64,000 bases of DNA from the IMG/VR virus record IMGVR_UViG_3300010998_000493; one strand, given 5' to 3'. Shown here in pieces: positions 36,636-47,761 of this stretch (position 1 is the first letter of the stretch; the number at the start of each line of letters is the position of its first letter). The translations under genes were made by a program, and so were the position numbers. The notes below the pieces were generated by a model. It saw only the letters and a list, made by a program, of their open reading frames with translations. It searched no databases and was not told the origin of the DNA. Source of the DNA: an uncultured virus (IMG/VR IMGVR_UViG_3300010998_000493). Lineage: Duplodnaviria; Heunggongvirae; Uroviricota; Caudoviricetes.

Positions 36636-37739
36636 ATGACAGTTAAGTATTTCAACATTATCCCCAGTGAGGGTAGCGCAACACTTCTGCTATATGGCGA
36701 CATCGGTGAGGGCCATAAAGTGGAGAGCGGTCGCATTGTGAGTGAACTGATAGCCATTCAGTCCCAGTATGGCAAGATAGATGTGCGAATCAACAGCCGA
36801 GGCGGTGATGTGTTCAGTGGTATGGCCATCTATAATGCCCTGCGCCAGTCGAAGAGTGACATTACTATATATATAGACGGAGTGGCAGCGAGCATCGCTG
36901 CTATCATTGCCCTGTGCGGAAAGCCCCTCTACATGAGTCCATATGCGAAATTAATGCTTCATAGTGTGAGCGGCGGTACATGGGGCAATGCCTCCGACTT
37001 GCGTCAGACTGCAGACCAGATGGAGCAGCTTCAGAAAGATCTGGCTAACATGATTGCCGGACGTTGTGGCATGAAGGCTACGGATGTTCAAGCGAAATAC
37101 TTCGATGAGAAAGACCACTGGATAGATGCCCAGGAAGCAGTAGAGATGAAACTGTGTGATGGCATCTATGACATGGCGACTACCGAAGAGCAGCCTAAAA
37201 CAGCAGAAGAGATTTATAACTTTTTTAATAACCGGCTCGTTTTCGAGCCACAAAATTCACAAGAAATGGCTTTAATAGATGACATCAAGGCTATCCCTTC
37301 TTTCAGTGACAAAGAGGATGCCGGTGCTATCGTAGCACACATCAAGGCGTTGGAGAACAAGGCAACGAAGGTTGACGCTCTCCAGCAGGCGAACGATGCT
37401 TACAAGACGCAGATTGCGGACTTGCAAGCAAAAGAAGTAGATGCTTTCCTTAACACGGCAGTGTCAGAGGGCAAGATCACCAAGGAGCAGATTCCCGCAA
37501 TGAAGAAGCTGATGATTAGTGACCGTGCAGCTGCTGAGGAACTGATCAACAGCATGAAGGTTCAGGGCGGTGCCCGCGCCGTTGACTTTATTGACCAGGG
37601 CGGTGCCAAGAATGCCTTTGAGGGCAAGACATGGGACCAGCTTGACAAGGAGAACCGCCTTGCCGACCTGAAAGCCCAGAACAAGGAACTGTTCTGTTCG
37701 CTCTACAAAGACAAGTTCGGTGTGGACTACAAAGAGTAA
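36636..37739 (+). CDS. ClpP-type prohead protease with scaffold C-terminus
   Basis: INSRGGDV, AASIA, LMLH ClpP motifs; coiled-coil tail. Confidence 0.92.
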   Translation: MTVKYFNIIPSEGSATLLLYGDIGEGHKVESGRIVSELIAIQSQYGKIDVRINSRGGDVFSGMAIYNALRQSKSDITIYIDGVAASIAAIIALCGKPLYMSPYAKLMLHSVSGGTWGNASDLRQTADQMEQLQKDLANMIAGRCGMKATDVQAKYFDEKDHWIDAQEAVEMKLCDGIYDMATTEEQPKTAEEIYNFFNNRLVFEPQNSQEMALIDDIKAIPSFSDKEDAGAIVAHIKALENKATKVDALQQANDAYKTQIADLQAKEVDAFLNTAVSEGKITKEQIPAMKKLMISDRAAAEELINSMKVQGGARAVDFIDQGGAKNAFEGKTWDQLDKENRLADLKAQNKELFCSLYKDKFGVDYKE

Positions 37740-37776
37740 AACAACAAGAAGTGTAACCTTTTAATTATTTACAACA

Positions 37777-38679
37777 ATGGCATTAAACAAACAAGTATGG
37801 TTGAACACCATCGTCGAGAACTTCTTTCCCGATGACAGCTTTGCGTCAAAGAGTATTGACGACTCCGTTTTCGTGAGCAACAAGACTGTGCACATCCCTA
37901 ACGCTGGAGCCCCTTCCGGTGTTGAGACTAACCGCACCCAGAAACCCGCGTCAGTGAACCAGCGTTCAGACAACGATCTGACCTACGACATGGATGAGCT
38001 GACCACAAACCCCATCTACATCCCTAACATCGACACGGTGGAGCTGAGTTATGACAAGCGTCAGAGCATTCTTATGAATGACCGTATGGAACTTAAGAAG
38101 CAAGCCCACCAGAACCTGCTTTACCGTTGGTTTGTCGCTGGTCAGGTCATTGAGACCGAGGGCGAGGCTCGTGAGGCCCACACATCAACCACTGCTACAG
38201 GCAATCGTAAGGCTCTGACAAAGGCCACCATCCTGAAACTGATGACCCGATTCAATCAGGATGACGTACCTGCAACTGGTCGCTACATCCTTCTGGATGC
38301 AGTCATGTATGCCGACTTGCTGAAAGACCTTACCGAGAAGGAGCTCAGCGCGTTCCTGGCATCTGCCAACGCCCAGAAGGGAATCTTGGGTAACCTCTAC
38401 GGCTTCGACATCATGCAGCGTTCACAGGTTCTGCGCCTGACATCAGCAAAAGCACTGCTGAAGTGGAGCCAGAACGCAGCAGCTACCGAGCTGGCAGCCG
38501 GTCTGGCTTGGCAGGAGCAGTGCGTGAGCCGTGCTATGGGCGAGACTAAGATGTTCGACAAAATGGATGATCCTACCTACTATGGTGACATCTATTCGTT
38601 CCTGACTCGCGTGGGCGGCAGCTATCGCCGTTACGACAAGAAGGGCATCTACGTTATTGCAGAGGCCGCAAGTGCTTAA
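37777..38679 (+). CDS. Major capsid protein
   Basis: Follows the protease; TVHIPNAG, DDVPATGRY, GNLYGFDI. Confidence 0.88.
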   Translation: MALNKQVWLNTIVENFFPDDSFASKSIDDSVFVSNKTVHIPNAGAPSGVETNRTQKPASVNQRSDNDLTYDMDELTTNPIYIPNIDTVELSYDKRQSILMNDRMELKKQAHQNLLYRWFVAGQVIETEGEAREAHTSTTATGNRKALTKATILKLMTRFNQDDVPATGRYILLDAVMYADLLKDLTEKELSAFLASANAQKGILGNLYGFDIMQRSQVLRLTSAKALLKWSQNAAATELAAGLAWQEQCVSRAMGETKMFDKMDDPTYYGDIYSFLTRVGGSYRRYDKKGIYVIAEAASA

Positions 38680-38698
38680 CCCTTAAAACGAGACTCTT

Positions 38699-39892
38699 AT
38701 GCGACTACCAAGAGTAAAAATTCTGTTTCTAAACGGGCTTCTTGGAACCGTCGGGGACAGTCCCGACGGTCTCTTGGCCCTCATTTGCGGTGCAGCTGCT
38801 GTGGAGAACAAACTGGTGCTGAACAGCGTTTACACTCTTTCGAGTGTTGACGATCTCTCTGTCATGGGTGTGACGGAAGATAACAATGCCAAACTTTACA
38901 AGCACGTCAAGGAGTTTTACGATGAGGCAGAGAATGGAACGAAACTCATTGTCTATCCTGTAGCGACTACAACGAAAGCCACTGACATCTGCGACTATAC
39001 GAAGACAGCAGCGGGGTATGCCCGCCACCTGATTACGAGTCAGAACGGCGCATTGCGCGGTGTCTTTATAGCCGGAGTAAACAGCGGCAGCACGACGGCG
39101 AGCACCAATGGTCTTGACCCCGATGTGTTTACTGCCCTGCCCAAAGCCCAACAGCTGGCAGAGTGGGTAACTACAGAGTTATATGCCCCGCTGCTTATCG
39201 GCATTGAAGGCAGGAACTATGATGCGACGAAGACGCTGAAAGACCTGAGTGAGGAGACATATAATCGCGTATGCGTTGTTGTCGGTGACACTGTTTCTGG
39301 CAGTAATGACGCTGCTGTGGGCACATTGATGGGTCGTATTGCGAGCATCCCCGTTCAGCGCAACATAGGCAGGGTGAAAGACGGCAGCCTGTCACCAACT
39401 GAGATGTTCATCGGCAACCAGAAGGTTGACGAGAGTGGCAACGCAGTAGCCGGTATCTTTGAGAAGGGCTACATTGTTCCCCGCAAACATGTAGGCAGAA
39501 GTGGTTATTTCTATGCCGACGATCCTATGGCATGTGACCCGACAGACGACTATGCCCACATTGCCAACCGCCGTGTGATTGACAAAGCCTATCGCATTGC
39601 CTATGACACAATGCTGGAAGAGCTTCTTGACGAAATAGACCTGAACGAAGACGGCACCATGCATCATGCTGTAGTAAAGAGCTGGCAGCAGACATTGGAG
39701 AATGCCATTAACCGGCAGATGACCGCCAACGACGAGCTGAGCGCGACGGATGGCGAAGGCTGCCAGTGTTACATTGACGAGAAACAGAACGTGGCATTGA
39801 CCTCAAAGATTGTGGCGACACTGAAGGTACGTCCTCACGGCTACGGCCGCTACATTGACGTGAACTTAGGTCTCCAAGTAACAACCGCTTAA
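38699..39892 (+). CDS. Tail sheath protein (DUF2586-like)
   Basis: NIGRVKDG, NRRVIDKAYR; synteny. Confidence 0.85.
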   Translation: MRLPRVKILFLNGLLGTVGDSPDGLLALICGAAAVENKLVLNSVYTLSSVDDLSVMGVTEDNNAKLYKHVKEFYDEAENGTKLIVYPVATTTKATDICDYTKTAAGYARHLITSQNGALRGVFIAGVNSGSTTASTNGLDPDVFTALPKAQQLAEWVTTELYAPLLIGIEGRNYDATKTLKDLSEETYNRVCVVVGDTVSGSNDAAVGTLMGRIASIPVQRNIGRVKDGSLSPTEMFIGNQKVDESGNAVAGIFEKGYIVPRKHVGRSGYFYADDPMACDPTDDYAHIANRRVIDKAYRIAYDTMLEELLDEIDLNEDGTMHHAVVKSWQQTLENAINRQMTANDELSATDGEGCQCYIDEKQNVALTSKIVATLKVRPHGYGRYIDVNLGLQVTTA

Positions 39893-39904
39893 ATGTAGAG
39901 AACT

Positions 39905-40312
39905 ATGGTAAATACAAGAGAATATGAATGGGCCGACGTGACCGTAGTCATGGCAGGCCGCCTTGTAACGGGTCTTCGTGGTGTGAAGTACAGCGCGAAG
40001 CAGGAGAAGGAGCTGCTGCATGCCAAAGGCAATAAACCCCATAGCATCCAGCGCGGCAACAAGACCTACGACGGCGAGATTACCTTGTTGCAAAGCGAGT
40101 ATGAGGCCCTGAAGAAAGCCAGTGGCGGTGACATTCTGGATGCGAGCATGGACATTGTGGCAGCCTATGGCAACCCCAGTGCTGGTGATGTAGTCACCAC
40201 AGATATGCTTGTAGGCATTGAGTTCACGGAAGACAACACCGAGTGGAAGCAAGGCGATAAGTTCCAGGAGAAAACCTTGCCGTTTATCTTTATTGACTTA
40301 AAGAGCCTGTAA
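39905..40312 (+). CDS. Tail tube protein
   Basis: EYEWAD..GLRGVKY..SIQRGN; follows the sheath. Confidence 0.85.
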   Translation: MVNTREYEWADVTVVMAGRLVTGLRGVKYSAKQEKELLHAKGNKPHSIQRGNKTYDGEITLLQSEYEALKKASGGDILDASMDIVAAYGNPSAGDVVTTDMLVGIEFTEDNTEWKQGDKFQEKTLPFIFIDLKSL

Positions 40313-40382
40313 CTCTGTGGGAATCCACAGGGTGAAGTAGGCCTTTGAACAGTATTCAAAAATCATTCAAACAGTAGTAAAA

Positions 40383-40667
40383 ATGAATTTTACAAAAGAT
40401 CAGATAGCCGAACTGAAAAAGAAGCACGGTGAAATCTTTGAAATCAGTGTAGATGATAAGAGCTGCATCGTCCGCAAGCCGAACCGTAAAGATCTGAGCT
40501 ATGTGAGCGTGGTGAAAGACCCGATTAAGATGAGCGAGACTTTGCTGAAACAGCTCTGGATAGAGGGCGACAATGAGATTCAGGAGCAAGACGACCTGTT
40601 CCTTGCAGTCATCCCGAAGATGGAAGAGGTCATCAAGGTGAAGGAGTCACAGATAAAAAAGCTTTAG
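40383..40667 (+). CDS. Tail assembly chaperone (gpG-like)
   Basis: Between tube and tape measure; ends in ATA AAA AAG CTT TAG. Confidence 0.85.
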   Translation: MNFTKDQIAELKKKHGEIFEISVDDKSCIVRKPNRKDLSYVSVVKDPIKMSETLLKQLWIEGDNEIQEQDDLFLAVIPKMEEVIKVKESQIKKL

Positions 40668-40846
40668 CGGATGCCGATGTCCCAGGTGCCGAAGATGGCG
40701 ATGTGTTGTTCCTAAACACACTCCTGAGGTATTACATGCACATTGACCCTGACACACTGTGTGACGAAGAATGGGCGTGGACTATCCGGTATCTGATTGA
40801 CATCCGCAAGGAAGAATCGAAGGCAAACAATGGACAGCGTACTTAA
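40655..40846 (+). CDS. -1 frameshift extension of the tail chaperone (gpGT-like)
   Basis: A AAA AAG at 40655-40661; -1 frame reads [30 protein letters not shown]. Confidence 0.85.
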   Translation, partial: KKALADADVPGAEDGDVLFLNTLLRYYMHIDPDTLCDEEWAWTIRYLIDIRKEESKANNGQRT

Positions 40847-42593
40847 GTTTCTTATCAAGCTGCAGGCAGACGAAGGCAATGTCTTGAACGTTGCCAGACG
40901 AACCTCACAGCAGCTGGACGAAATATCCCGTAAGGCGACTTCTACAGGGACTCGCTTACGGGAAGCCTTCTCTTTCTCTAATTTCAAGGGTTCCCTGATG
41001 TCCCTGCCTGGCATGGAGTTCCTAACAAACCCCTATACTCTCATTAGTGCAGGTGTGGGAGCTGTCACGGCTCTTGGAGCACAGGCAGAACAGACAAGCG
41101 TCGCTTTCACAACCCTTGTGGGCAGTGAAGAAAAGGCGGCAGGGATATTAAAGGAAATCAATGACTTTGCCGCAAAGACCCCCTACGGCAATTTGGATCT
41201 GACAGACAACGCCAAAACCATGCTGAACTTTGGCGTGCAGGCAGACAAGGTGAACGGCTATCTGCAACAGTTAGGCGACATAGCTGCTGGTGATAAAAAC
41301 AAACTGGGCAGTCTCTCCCTTGTATTCGGTCAGGTAGCCAGTGCCGGCAAGATGAGCGGACAGGATCTGTTGCAGTTCATCAATGCAGGCTTCAACCCTT
41401 TGAAGGAACTGGAGAAGATGACCGGCAAAACATACGCCGAACTCCAGGACATGATGAGCAAGGGGCAGATAGGCTTTGATGCTGTCGCAGCGGCCATCAA
41501 TCATGCTACCAGTACCGGCGGTGCCTTCGAGGGAATGAGCGACAAGCTGAGCCAGACAATCAGCGGAAAGTTCTCAACCTTGGCAGGCAACATCCAGCAG
41601 GCAGCCGTTGACATGTTCAACGAGATTAAGCCCATTGTCAATGACATCATGGACTTTTTCTTGGCTATTGTCCCACCGATAGCCTCAGCAATCAAAGGCA
41701 TCTTCTCTGTTATAGCCGGAGTTATCGGATTTATTGTCAGGTGGAAAGAAGAGCTTGGTTTATTGGCCGCCGTGGTGGCTGTTGGTACCATTGCCTTCAA
41801 TGCCCACGCCATTGCAATAGGAGCCGTTGCAGCCATTCAGGGTGTTGTTACCATTGCGACGAAGGCGTGGACAGCAGCGCAATGGCTGTTGAATGCAGCG
41901 CTGAACGCCAACCCAATAGGAATTGTGATAACAGTCATTGCAGCCCTCGTTGCAGCAGTTGTCTATTGCTGGAACAAGTTTGCCGGTTTCCGCGCCTTCA
42001 TCCTTACGATGTGGAACACAATGAAAGGCTTCGGTAACATTATCAAGGAATATGTCATTGACCGCTTGAAGACGTTGCTGAGTGGCATCGGCAAAATCGG
42101 AGAGGCATTTGCTAAGCTTTTCAATGGTGACTTCAAAGGTGCATGGTCAAGTGCCGTCAATGGTGTCAAGGACATCTCAGGCATCACAAGTGCAGAGAAA
42201 GCCCTGAAGTCAACTAAGCAGCTCGCTGGAGGTGTTGCCGCTGAATACGATAAGAACTACCGCATCGAGAGCCAGAAGCAACAGCAGAAAGACACGAAGA
42301 AAGAAGCTGCTATTGCAACACCAGGCACAAAGGGCAGTTCGGAAGAGGTTGTGCTCAATGCAGCCAGTGGTGGGAAGAGTGGCAAGGGTGGAAAAGGCGG
42401 TAAGGGAAACAAGACCGCAGAAGCCTTGGCAACAGGTGGAATAAGAAACACCAGTATCACCATGAACATCGGCAAGTTCTTTGATAATATCTATGTGACA
42501 ATGGCTGACAGGACAGACACGGCAGAGCTTGAACGTATCGTGCTCCAAAGCATGAATAGGGCTCTTGCCATAGCAACAAGTACAGAACGATGA
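40830..42593 (+). CDS. Tape measure protein
   Basis: [32 protein letters not shown]..; Ala/Gly rich. Confidence 0.92.
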   Translation: MDSVLKFLIKLQADEGNVLNVARRTSQQLDEISRKATSTGTRLREAFSFSNFKGSLMSLPGMEFLTNPYTLISAGVGAVTALGAQAEQTSVAFTTLVGSEEKAAGILKEINDFAAKTPYGNLDLTDNAKTMLNFGVQADKVNGYLQQLGDIAAGDKNKLGSLSLVFGQVASAGKMSGQDLLQFINAGFNPLKELEKMTGKTYAELQDMMSKGQIGFDAVAAAINHATSTGGAFEGMSDKLSQTISGKFSTLAGNIQQAAVDMFNEIKPIVNDIMDFFLAIVPPIASAIKGIFSVIAGVIGFIVRWKEELGLLAAVVAVGTIAFNAHAIAIGAVAAIQGVVTIATKAWTAAQWLLNAALNANPIGIVITVIAALVAAVVYCWNKFAGFRAFILTMWNTMKGFGNIIKEYVIDRLKTLLSGIGKIGEAFAKLFNGDFKGAWSSAVNGVKDISGITSAEKALKSTKQLAGGVAAEYDKNYRIESQKQQQKDTKKEAAIATPGTKGSSEEVVLNAASGGKSGKGGKGGKGNKTAEALATGGIRNTSITMNIGKFFDNIYVTMADRTDTAELERIVLQSMNRALAIATSTER

Positions 42594-43240
42594 AGACATC
42601 AAGGTTCATACTACAGAATATTGCCCTCAGGGCTATGGGACTCACAAAGGTTCCTCCCTATTGGCTGTTCCGTGAGAATAACTTTCACGGCATCAACACG
42701 GGCTATCTGCCATCAGGCAAGTCTTTCCCGGATAGTGATGAGTTCAATGTGGAAGATTTGAGCGATGCGGAACTGGAAGAGGTAGTCAGAACCAATGCCA
42801 TCGGTGTTCCGATGGTGATGCCCCTGCGCTTCCAACTGGAAGAGTCCGGGGCCAAAGAATGGCTGTTTCCTGTGGAGCCTATGATCAGCCTGAACGGTCA
42901 GAACATTCTCGTTCGCCGTCACGTGAACAAAGGCACCATCAAGGGCAGCATCAAAGAACGGTGGACACAGGATGACTACACCGTAAGAATAGAAGGCATC
43001 CTTATGTCGCGTGATGGGAAATACCCTGATGAGGACGTGGCAACGCTAAAGAACTTCTGCGAGGCAGGACATGTGAAGGCACTGTGTCCTTTGCTGGAGA
43101 TCTTCGGCATCAGTCAGCTGGCGATAGAGAGCTGGGATATTCCCTTCACCACTGGACTGACAAATCAGAACTATACCATCACAGCCTACAGCGATGACAT
43201 CTACAAGCTGCTGTTGAGCCGTGATGACTTAAATACATAA
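42590..43240 (+). CDS. Baseplate/tail tube initiator (DUF6046-like)
   Basis: [12 protein letters not shown]; position after the tape measure. Confidence 0.7.
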   Translation: MKTSRFILQNIALRAMGLTKVPPYWLFRENNFHGINTGYLPSGKSFPDSDEFNVEDLSDAELEEVVRTNAIGVPMVMPLRFQLEESGAKEWLFPVEPMISLNGQNILVRRHVNKGTIKGSIKERWTQDDYTVRIEGILMSRDGKYPDEDVATLKNFCEAGHVKALCPLLEIFGISQLAIESWDIPFTTGLTNQNYTITAYSDDIYKLLLSRDDLNT

Positions 43241-43244
43241 AGCG

Positions 43245-44195
43245 ATGTACACGATGCAGTATGACATACAGATCGGCGACTACCGGCTGGGGATGCTTGA
43301 CAAGGTGGAAATCCACAAGAGCGTTGAGCAGCTGGCAGACACGGCTGTTATCACTCTGCCCGCGGCGCAATACAACCAAGCACTCCAGGTTGAGGACAAA
43401 CTGAAGCGCGGCGACCGTGTCATCATCAAGTTCGGCTATGAAGAGACCGGCATGGAAGTGGAGTTTGAAGGCTGGCTACAGCGCATATCGACTGACGGCG
43501 GCAACATCACACTGCGTTGTGAGGATGACCTATTCCTGTTCCGGAAGGAACTGCCGAATGAGGTTCTGAAGAATGTCACCCTGGAGGCGCTTCTAAAGAA
43601 AGTCATCAACGGATGCGGCATCGGTCTGACACTGGACTGCACCTACAGTTGGACGTATCAGAAGTTTGTCATCAACAATGCTACGGGGTTTGATGTACTG
43701 AAAAAGGTTCAGGAAGAGTGCGGCGCAGACATCTACGTGGATGACAAGCTGCATGTGCATCCCCCAGGCGAGAAGATGGGCGAGGAACGCGTCTATGACC
43801 TTGCCCTGAATGTTGAGGAGGAAGACCTGACCTACCGGCGTGCTGAAGACAAGAAAGTGAAGGTGGTGGTCAAAGCCCTGATGCCTGACGGAACAGTCAG
43901 GGAAGTTGAAACCGGCAGCACTGGCGGCGAGAAGATTGAGGTCAAGTGCGCCACTTCTGATGAAGCTTCGATGAAGACACGTGGGGAGTTGGAAGTTAAA
44001 CGCCGGACATTTGACGGCTATGAGGGTAGCATCATCGGCTGGCTAATCCCGGTATGCAAGCCTGCTGACAGCGTAACCATCAAGGATAAGGACTATCCAT
44101 ACAAGAACGGTACCTATTTCGTAACCTCTGTGACAACAGTTTTTGGGAGAGAAGGTGGTTCCAGAAAAATTGACTTAGGATTTAGAATTGGCTAA
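43245..44195 (+). CDS. Baseplate hub (Mu gp44/late control D-like)
   Basis: LADTAVITLP, EFEGW, GTYFVTSVTT. Confidence 0.82.
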   Translation: MYTMQYDIQIGDYRLGMLDKVEIHKSVEQLADTAVITLPAAQYNQALQVEDKLKRGDRVIIKFGYEETGMEVEFEGWLQRISTDGGNITLRCEDDLFLFRKELPNEVLKNVTLEALLKKVINGCGIGLTLDCTYSWTYQKFVINNATGFDVLKKVQEECGADIYVDDKLHVHPPGEKMGEERVYDLALNVEEEDLTYRRAEDKKVKVVVKALMPDGTVREVETGSTGGEKIEVKCATSDEASMKTRGELEVKRRTFDGYEGSIIGWLIPVCKPADSVTIKDKDYPYKNGTYFVTSVTTVFGREGGSRKIDLGFRIG

Positions 44196-44201
44196 CGAGA
44201 T

Positions 44202-44681
44202 ATGAATGAGTACAGCAAATTGAAAGACTATCTGGGCGGGATTGGCGACAAAGGTATTGCCATAAGCCAGGGCATTGTAAAGTCGGTGTCCGGCAATCTC
44301 TGTGAGGTTGAGATCGGGAACATTGTCATTCCTGATGTCCGGCTTAGAGCTTCAGAACTGGATGATGACGGTGAGATGCTTGTGACTCCAAAGGTAGGCA
44401 GCGCCGTGATCGTCGGCAGTCTGAGCGGTGACCTGGCCCAACTGGTCGTCCTGCAAGTGGACCATATCGAGACCATTGTCATCAATGGCGGCAAGCTGGG
44501 CGGCCTGATCAACATTGAGCAGTTGACGCGGAAGATAAACGACCTGGTGGACACCTTCAACCGTCACACGCATCAGGTGACAGTGCAGCATCCCGGCGGC
44601 ACGTTCACAACGGTAAAACCCGGTTCGGAGGCCTCATCCTTCAACAAGGGTGACTATGAGGATTCAAAAATAACGCACTGA
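44202..44681 (+). CDS. Baseplate spike (gp45/gpV-like)
   Basis: OB-fold PKVGSAV and HTH iron-binding tip motif. Confidence 0.8.
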   Translation: MNEYSKLKDYLGGIGDKGIAISQGIVKSVSGNLCEVEIGNIVIPDVRLRASELDDDGEMLVTPKVGSAVIVGSLSGDLAQLVVLQVDHIETIVINGGKLGGLINIEQLTRKINDLVDTFNRHTHQVTVQHPGGTFTTVKPGSEASSFNKGDYEDSKITH

Positions 44682-44682
44682 C

Positions 44683-44982
44683 ATGACTGGAACGCTACTG
44701 ACATGGGGAACGGATGACGGCAACTATCTGGAGCCCGTTGTTGAGAAAGGGACACTGGCACTTGGGGACATCCTGCGCCAGAACCAGGCATTGCTGCTGT
44801 TACTGCACAGGGGCGAGCTGAAAGAACGCCCTGCTGTTGGAGTGGGCATCAGTGACATGCTTCTGGACAATGACCCCATTTATTGGCGCACCTCCATCAA
44901 GGAGCAGCTGGAGATGGACGGCCAGAAGGTCGGCAGCGTGAAGATTTCGCGCACTGGCATAGAGATAGAAGCAACATATTGA
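44683..44982 (+). CDS. Baseplate wedge (gpW/gp46-like)
   Basis: GELKERPAVGVGI; synteny. Confidence 0.7.
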   Translation: MTGTLLTWGTDDGNYLEPVVEKGTLALGDILRQNQALLLLLHRGELKERPAVGVGISDMLLDNDPIYWRTSIKEQLEMDGQKVGSVKISRTGIEIEATY

Positions 44983-44986
44983 GATT

Positions 44987-45199
44987 ATGGAACAGCATAC
45001 TAAAGACAAGATACAATACACGACGGCAGTGATGACGCTTTTGAGCGGCATAGTGATGTGTTATATTGCCTTTTTCAGAAGCGAGGATGGTGACGTGCCA
45101 AGCGGTGCCCTCTGGTACTTTGGGCAGACGATGGTGTATGCCGCCACCATCTTCGGTTTCAAACTCATGGTAGACGATATTTTGCGTAAGAACAAGTAA
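44987..45199 (+). CDS. Small two-TM membrane protein (holin candidate)
   Basis: Two hydrophobic helices, ALWYFGQTMVYAATIFG, basic C-terminus. Confidence 0.6.
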   Translation: MEQHTKDKIQYTTAVMTLLSGIVMCYIAFFRSEDGDVPSGALWYFGQTMVYAATIFGFKLMVDDILRKNK

Positions 45200-45206
45200 A
45201 CAAGCA

Positions 45207-45482
45207 ATGAAGCAGATAGTCAAAGATGGGCAGACGCTGGCAGACGTGGCCGTTCAGGAATACGGGTCATGGGAAGCCATAATAGCCATTGCCAGGGAAA
45301 ACAACATGAGCATGACGGAGGTTCCTGACGCAGGTGCAGAGCTGAGAATGCCTGATGCCTCTTGGAACCGCACTATGCAAAAGTACTGCAAGGACAACGA
45401 CGTAAGCCCGGCAACGGCTCGCGACCAGAGCAATATTCATTTGCGCATATTTGAGGAAGAGTTCACGGAAGAATTTAAGTAA
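45207..45482 (+). CDS. LysM-like baseplate protein
   Basis: VKDGQTLADVAVQEYGS. Confidence 0.8.
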   Translation: MKQIVKDGQTLADVAVQEYGSWEAIIAIARENNMSMTEVPDAGAELRMPDASWNRTMQKYCKDNDVSPATARDQSNIHLRIFEEEFTEEFK

Positions 45483-45490
45483 ACAATATA

Positions 45491-46345
45491 ATGGCAAGGA
45501 CAACAGCAGAAATCAAGAAGACGATGACAGACGCATTCATGGCGGATGCGGTCATCAGGGAAAAATACGGCCTGAGTGCCGGCGACACCTTCGCCGGCCG
45601 TTTCTCCAGCGTCAGTTTAGAGAACATCCTGTTCTTTATCCTGGCAGCCTGCTATCATGTGCTCGAAGTCATTTTCGACCAGCACAAGGTGGACGTGGAA
45701 AACAAGATAGCGCTTGCGGTAGTGGCGAGTGTGCCCTGGTATTACAAGATGGCCCTTGCCTTCCAGTATGGTGACCGCCTGGTGCTGAACGAGACAACAC
45801 AACAATATGAATATGCTCTCGTGGATGAGAGCAAGCAGCTCGTAAAGTATGCAGCCGTGAGGGATGAGGGCACGAGTGTCCATATACTTGTGAGCGGTGA
45901 CAAGAACGGCAACCCCATCCCCCTGCCAGACGATGTTCTAAAGGTATTCAGGCAGTACATGAACAGGGTGAAGGTTGCAGGTGTCATTCTGAAGATAACG
46001 AGCACCGCGAGCGACCATATCATCATCAAGGCCGCCATCACCATAGACCCGCTTGTCATGAATGAGAGAGGTGAACTGCTGAGTGACGGCAGCAAGCCTG
46101 TTGAGAACGCCATCAAGGAACACCTGAAAAACATTGTCTATGGCGGCACTTTCAACAAGACGAGACTCGTGGATGCCATTCAGGCGGTTCAAGGTGTGGA
46201 GGATGTAGAATTGTCGGAATGCCTGTATAAGGCAAATGGAGCGGAATCCTATACGGTTTTGAACGGAAATAACTATACAGGAAACGGCGGCAGTTACGTT
46301 CCCGATGAATTAGAAAACAGCCTGACGTATGTGGTACCAGATTGA
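45491..46345 (+). CDS. Baseplate J-like protein
   Basis: WYYKMALAFQYG, LVDAIQAVQGV. Confidence 0.78.
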   Translation: MARTTAEIKKTMTDAFMADAVIREKYGLSAGDTFAGRFSSVSLENILFFILAACYHVLEVIFDQHKVDVENKIALAVVASVPWYYKMALAFQYGDRLVLNETTQQYEYALVDESKQLVKYAAVRDEGTSVHILVSGDKNGNPIPLPDDVLKVFRQYMNRVKVAGVILKITSTASDHIIIKAAITIDPLVMNERGELLSDGSKPVENAIKEHLKNIVYGGTFNKTRLVDAIQAVQGVEDVELSECLYKANGAESYTVLNGNNYTGNGGSYVPDELENSLTYVVPD

Positions 46346-46856
46346 TTTTGTGAAATTGTGTACACAATTATTACCTCCGATATTGCGCAGCAGGTTTCTT
46401 GTCGCATTGCTGAGCGTGATGATAGTTCCGTTGCGTCATATATACAATGAGTTCCGCGCGCTGAAGGACACTGTTGACAGCCGCTTGAATATTACAGGTA
46501 ATGTGATGTATTTGGAAAAAGCACTGAATGAGGCTTTCTATCTGGTAGATCGGCAAATCTATATTGAGACTCCGGAAGAAAGGGAAACACCGACATTTTA
46601 CTTTGCCACTGAGAAGTCGAATGGAAACACCTTTTGGCTGCAGTCTGAAGGAGACGGCTTTATACTTACAAGGAAAGGCGAAAGCAAGGTTCCCGTGAAT
46701 TTCATTGTCAGAGTTCCCACATTCCTCTGCACCTCTTTGGAAACAAGGGATGCTGACAAATATGGCTGGCGGTTCCTTGTCATGATAAAAAACATATTGA
46801 ATATCTATAAACCTGCTGGACGTACGTTCAGCATAGAACTATACGATTATGAATAA
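46329..46856 (+). CDS. Baseplate wedge protein (gpI/gp48-like)
   Basis: LLPPILR..LEKALN..YKPAGRTF. Confidence 0.72.
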   Translation: MWYQIDFVKLCTQLLPPILRSRFLVALLSVMIVPLRHIYNEFRALKDTVDSRLNITGNVMYLEKALNEAFYLVDRQIYIETPEERETPTFYFATEKSNGNTFWLQSEGDGFILTRKGESKVPVNFIVRVPTFLCTSLETRDADKYGWRFLVMIKNILNIYKPAGRTFSIELYDYE

Positions 46857-47751
46857 GATAATTTTCAACAATGGCGGTCAGCCTGTTTTTTTGGACGATC
46901 TTAAGGTTATTCAGGATCTTGCAGGAGAAAGTCTGCCCGGAGTCCTTGAAGCGATTGTAAAAAGTGCTGTATCTCCCTATCTCGAAAATTGGACTTCTGA
47001 CAGCATTCTGGGAACAATCATACCAATGGGTGAGATTACCGAAAATGCAGAAGGCTTCTGGATCGCACCTGCTTGTTCATGCGAAAAAAATGACACAACC
47101 CGCAAAGTGCGCCTGACAATGTATGCTGGATATGTCTGTATAGGAGGCGAACTCCTTCATTATGACCAGACAGAAATAGAAGTTGCTTATGGCGCCCCTT
47201 TCTATGTCATTGTCAAGAAGGAAGAGGAAGACAGGCGCATCCTTGCCAACGGTTTGGAGGCGGCATGTAAAGAATGTAAGTATGCCGTCATTTCAAGTGG
47301 GGCATCTGTGACGGATGAATGCCACTCATCTGCAAAAATAGGCAGTTTGCCGGATGCCATCTGTAAAATTATCAAAGCGAAGAACAATGTCGAAGTCGCT
47401 TGGAGAAATATAGATGTGACTTTCGACAACCTTTATGGGGGTACGGTTGAATATCAGGAACTCACAGACTGTTTCCGTTATCACATCAATATTTCCTCCC
47501 GTGCTGATTCCTTTGGCAATACAGGCAAGATACTTTTTCATGTAGGTAATGACATCTGGCCTGGAGGACACAGGGAATGCGTGAGCTGCCTGTTTGCAAC
47601 AGGCACCACTGATACCGCATATCCATGCTATATCAGATTCACAAAGGAAGGTAATGCGCTTCTTACTCCTGTTTATCAGGATGGTAATATAGAAACTTCT
47701 TTGAGGCCTGACGCATGTCCGGTAAATATTGTATTTGAAATGGCTAAATAA
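46849..47751 (+). CDS. Tail fibre/baseplate-attached protein
   Basis: GGQPVFLDDL N-terminus; position after the wedge genes. Confidence 0.6.
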   Translation: MNKIIFNNGGQPVFLDDLKVIQDLAGESLPGVLEAIVKSAVSPYLENWTSDSILGTIIPMGEITENAEGFWIAPACSCEKNDTTRKVRLTMYAGYVCIGGELLHYDQTEIEVAYGAPFYVIVKKEEEDRRILANGLEAACKECKYAVISSGASVTDECHSSAKIGSLPDAICKIIKAKNNVEVAWRNIDVTFDNLYGGTVEYQELTDCFRYHINISSRADSFGNTGKILFHVGNDIWPGGHRECVSCLFATGTTDTAYPCYIRFTKEGNALLTPVYQDGNIETSLRPDACPVNIVFEMAK

Positions 47752-47761
47752 CATAATTGAC

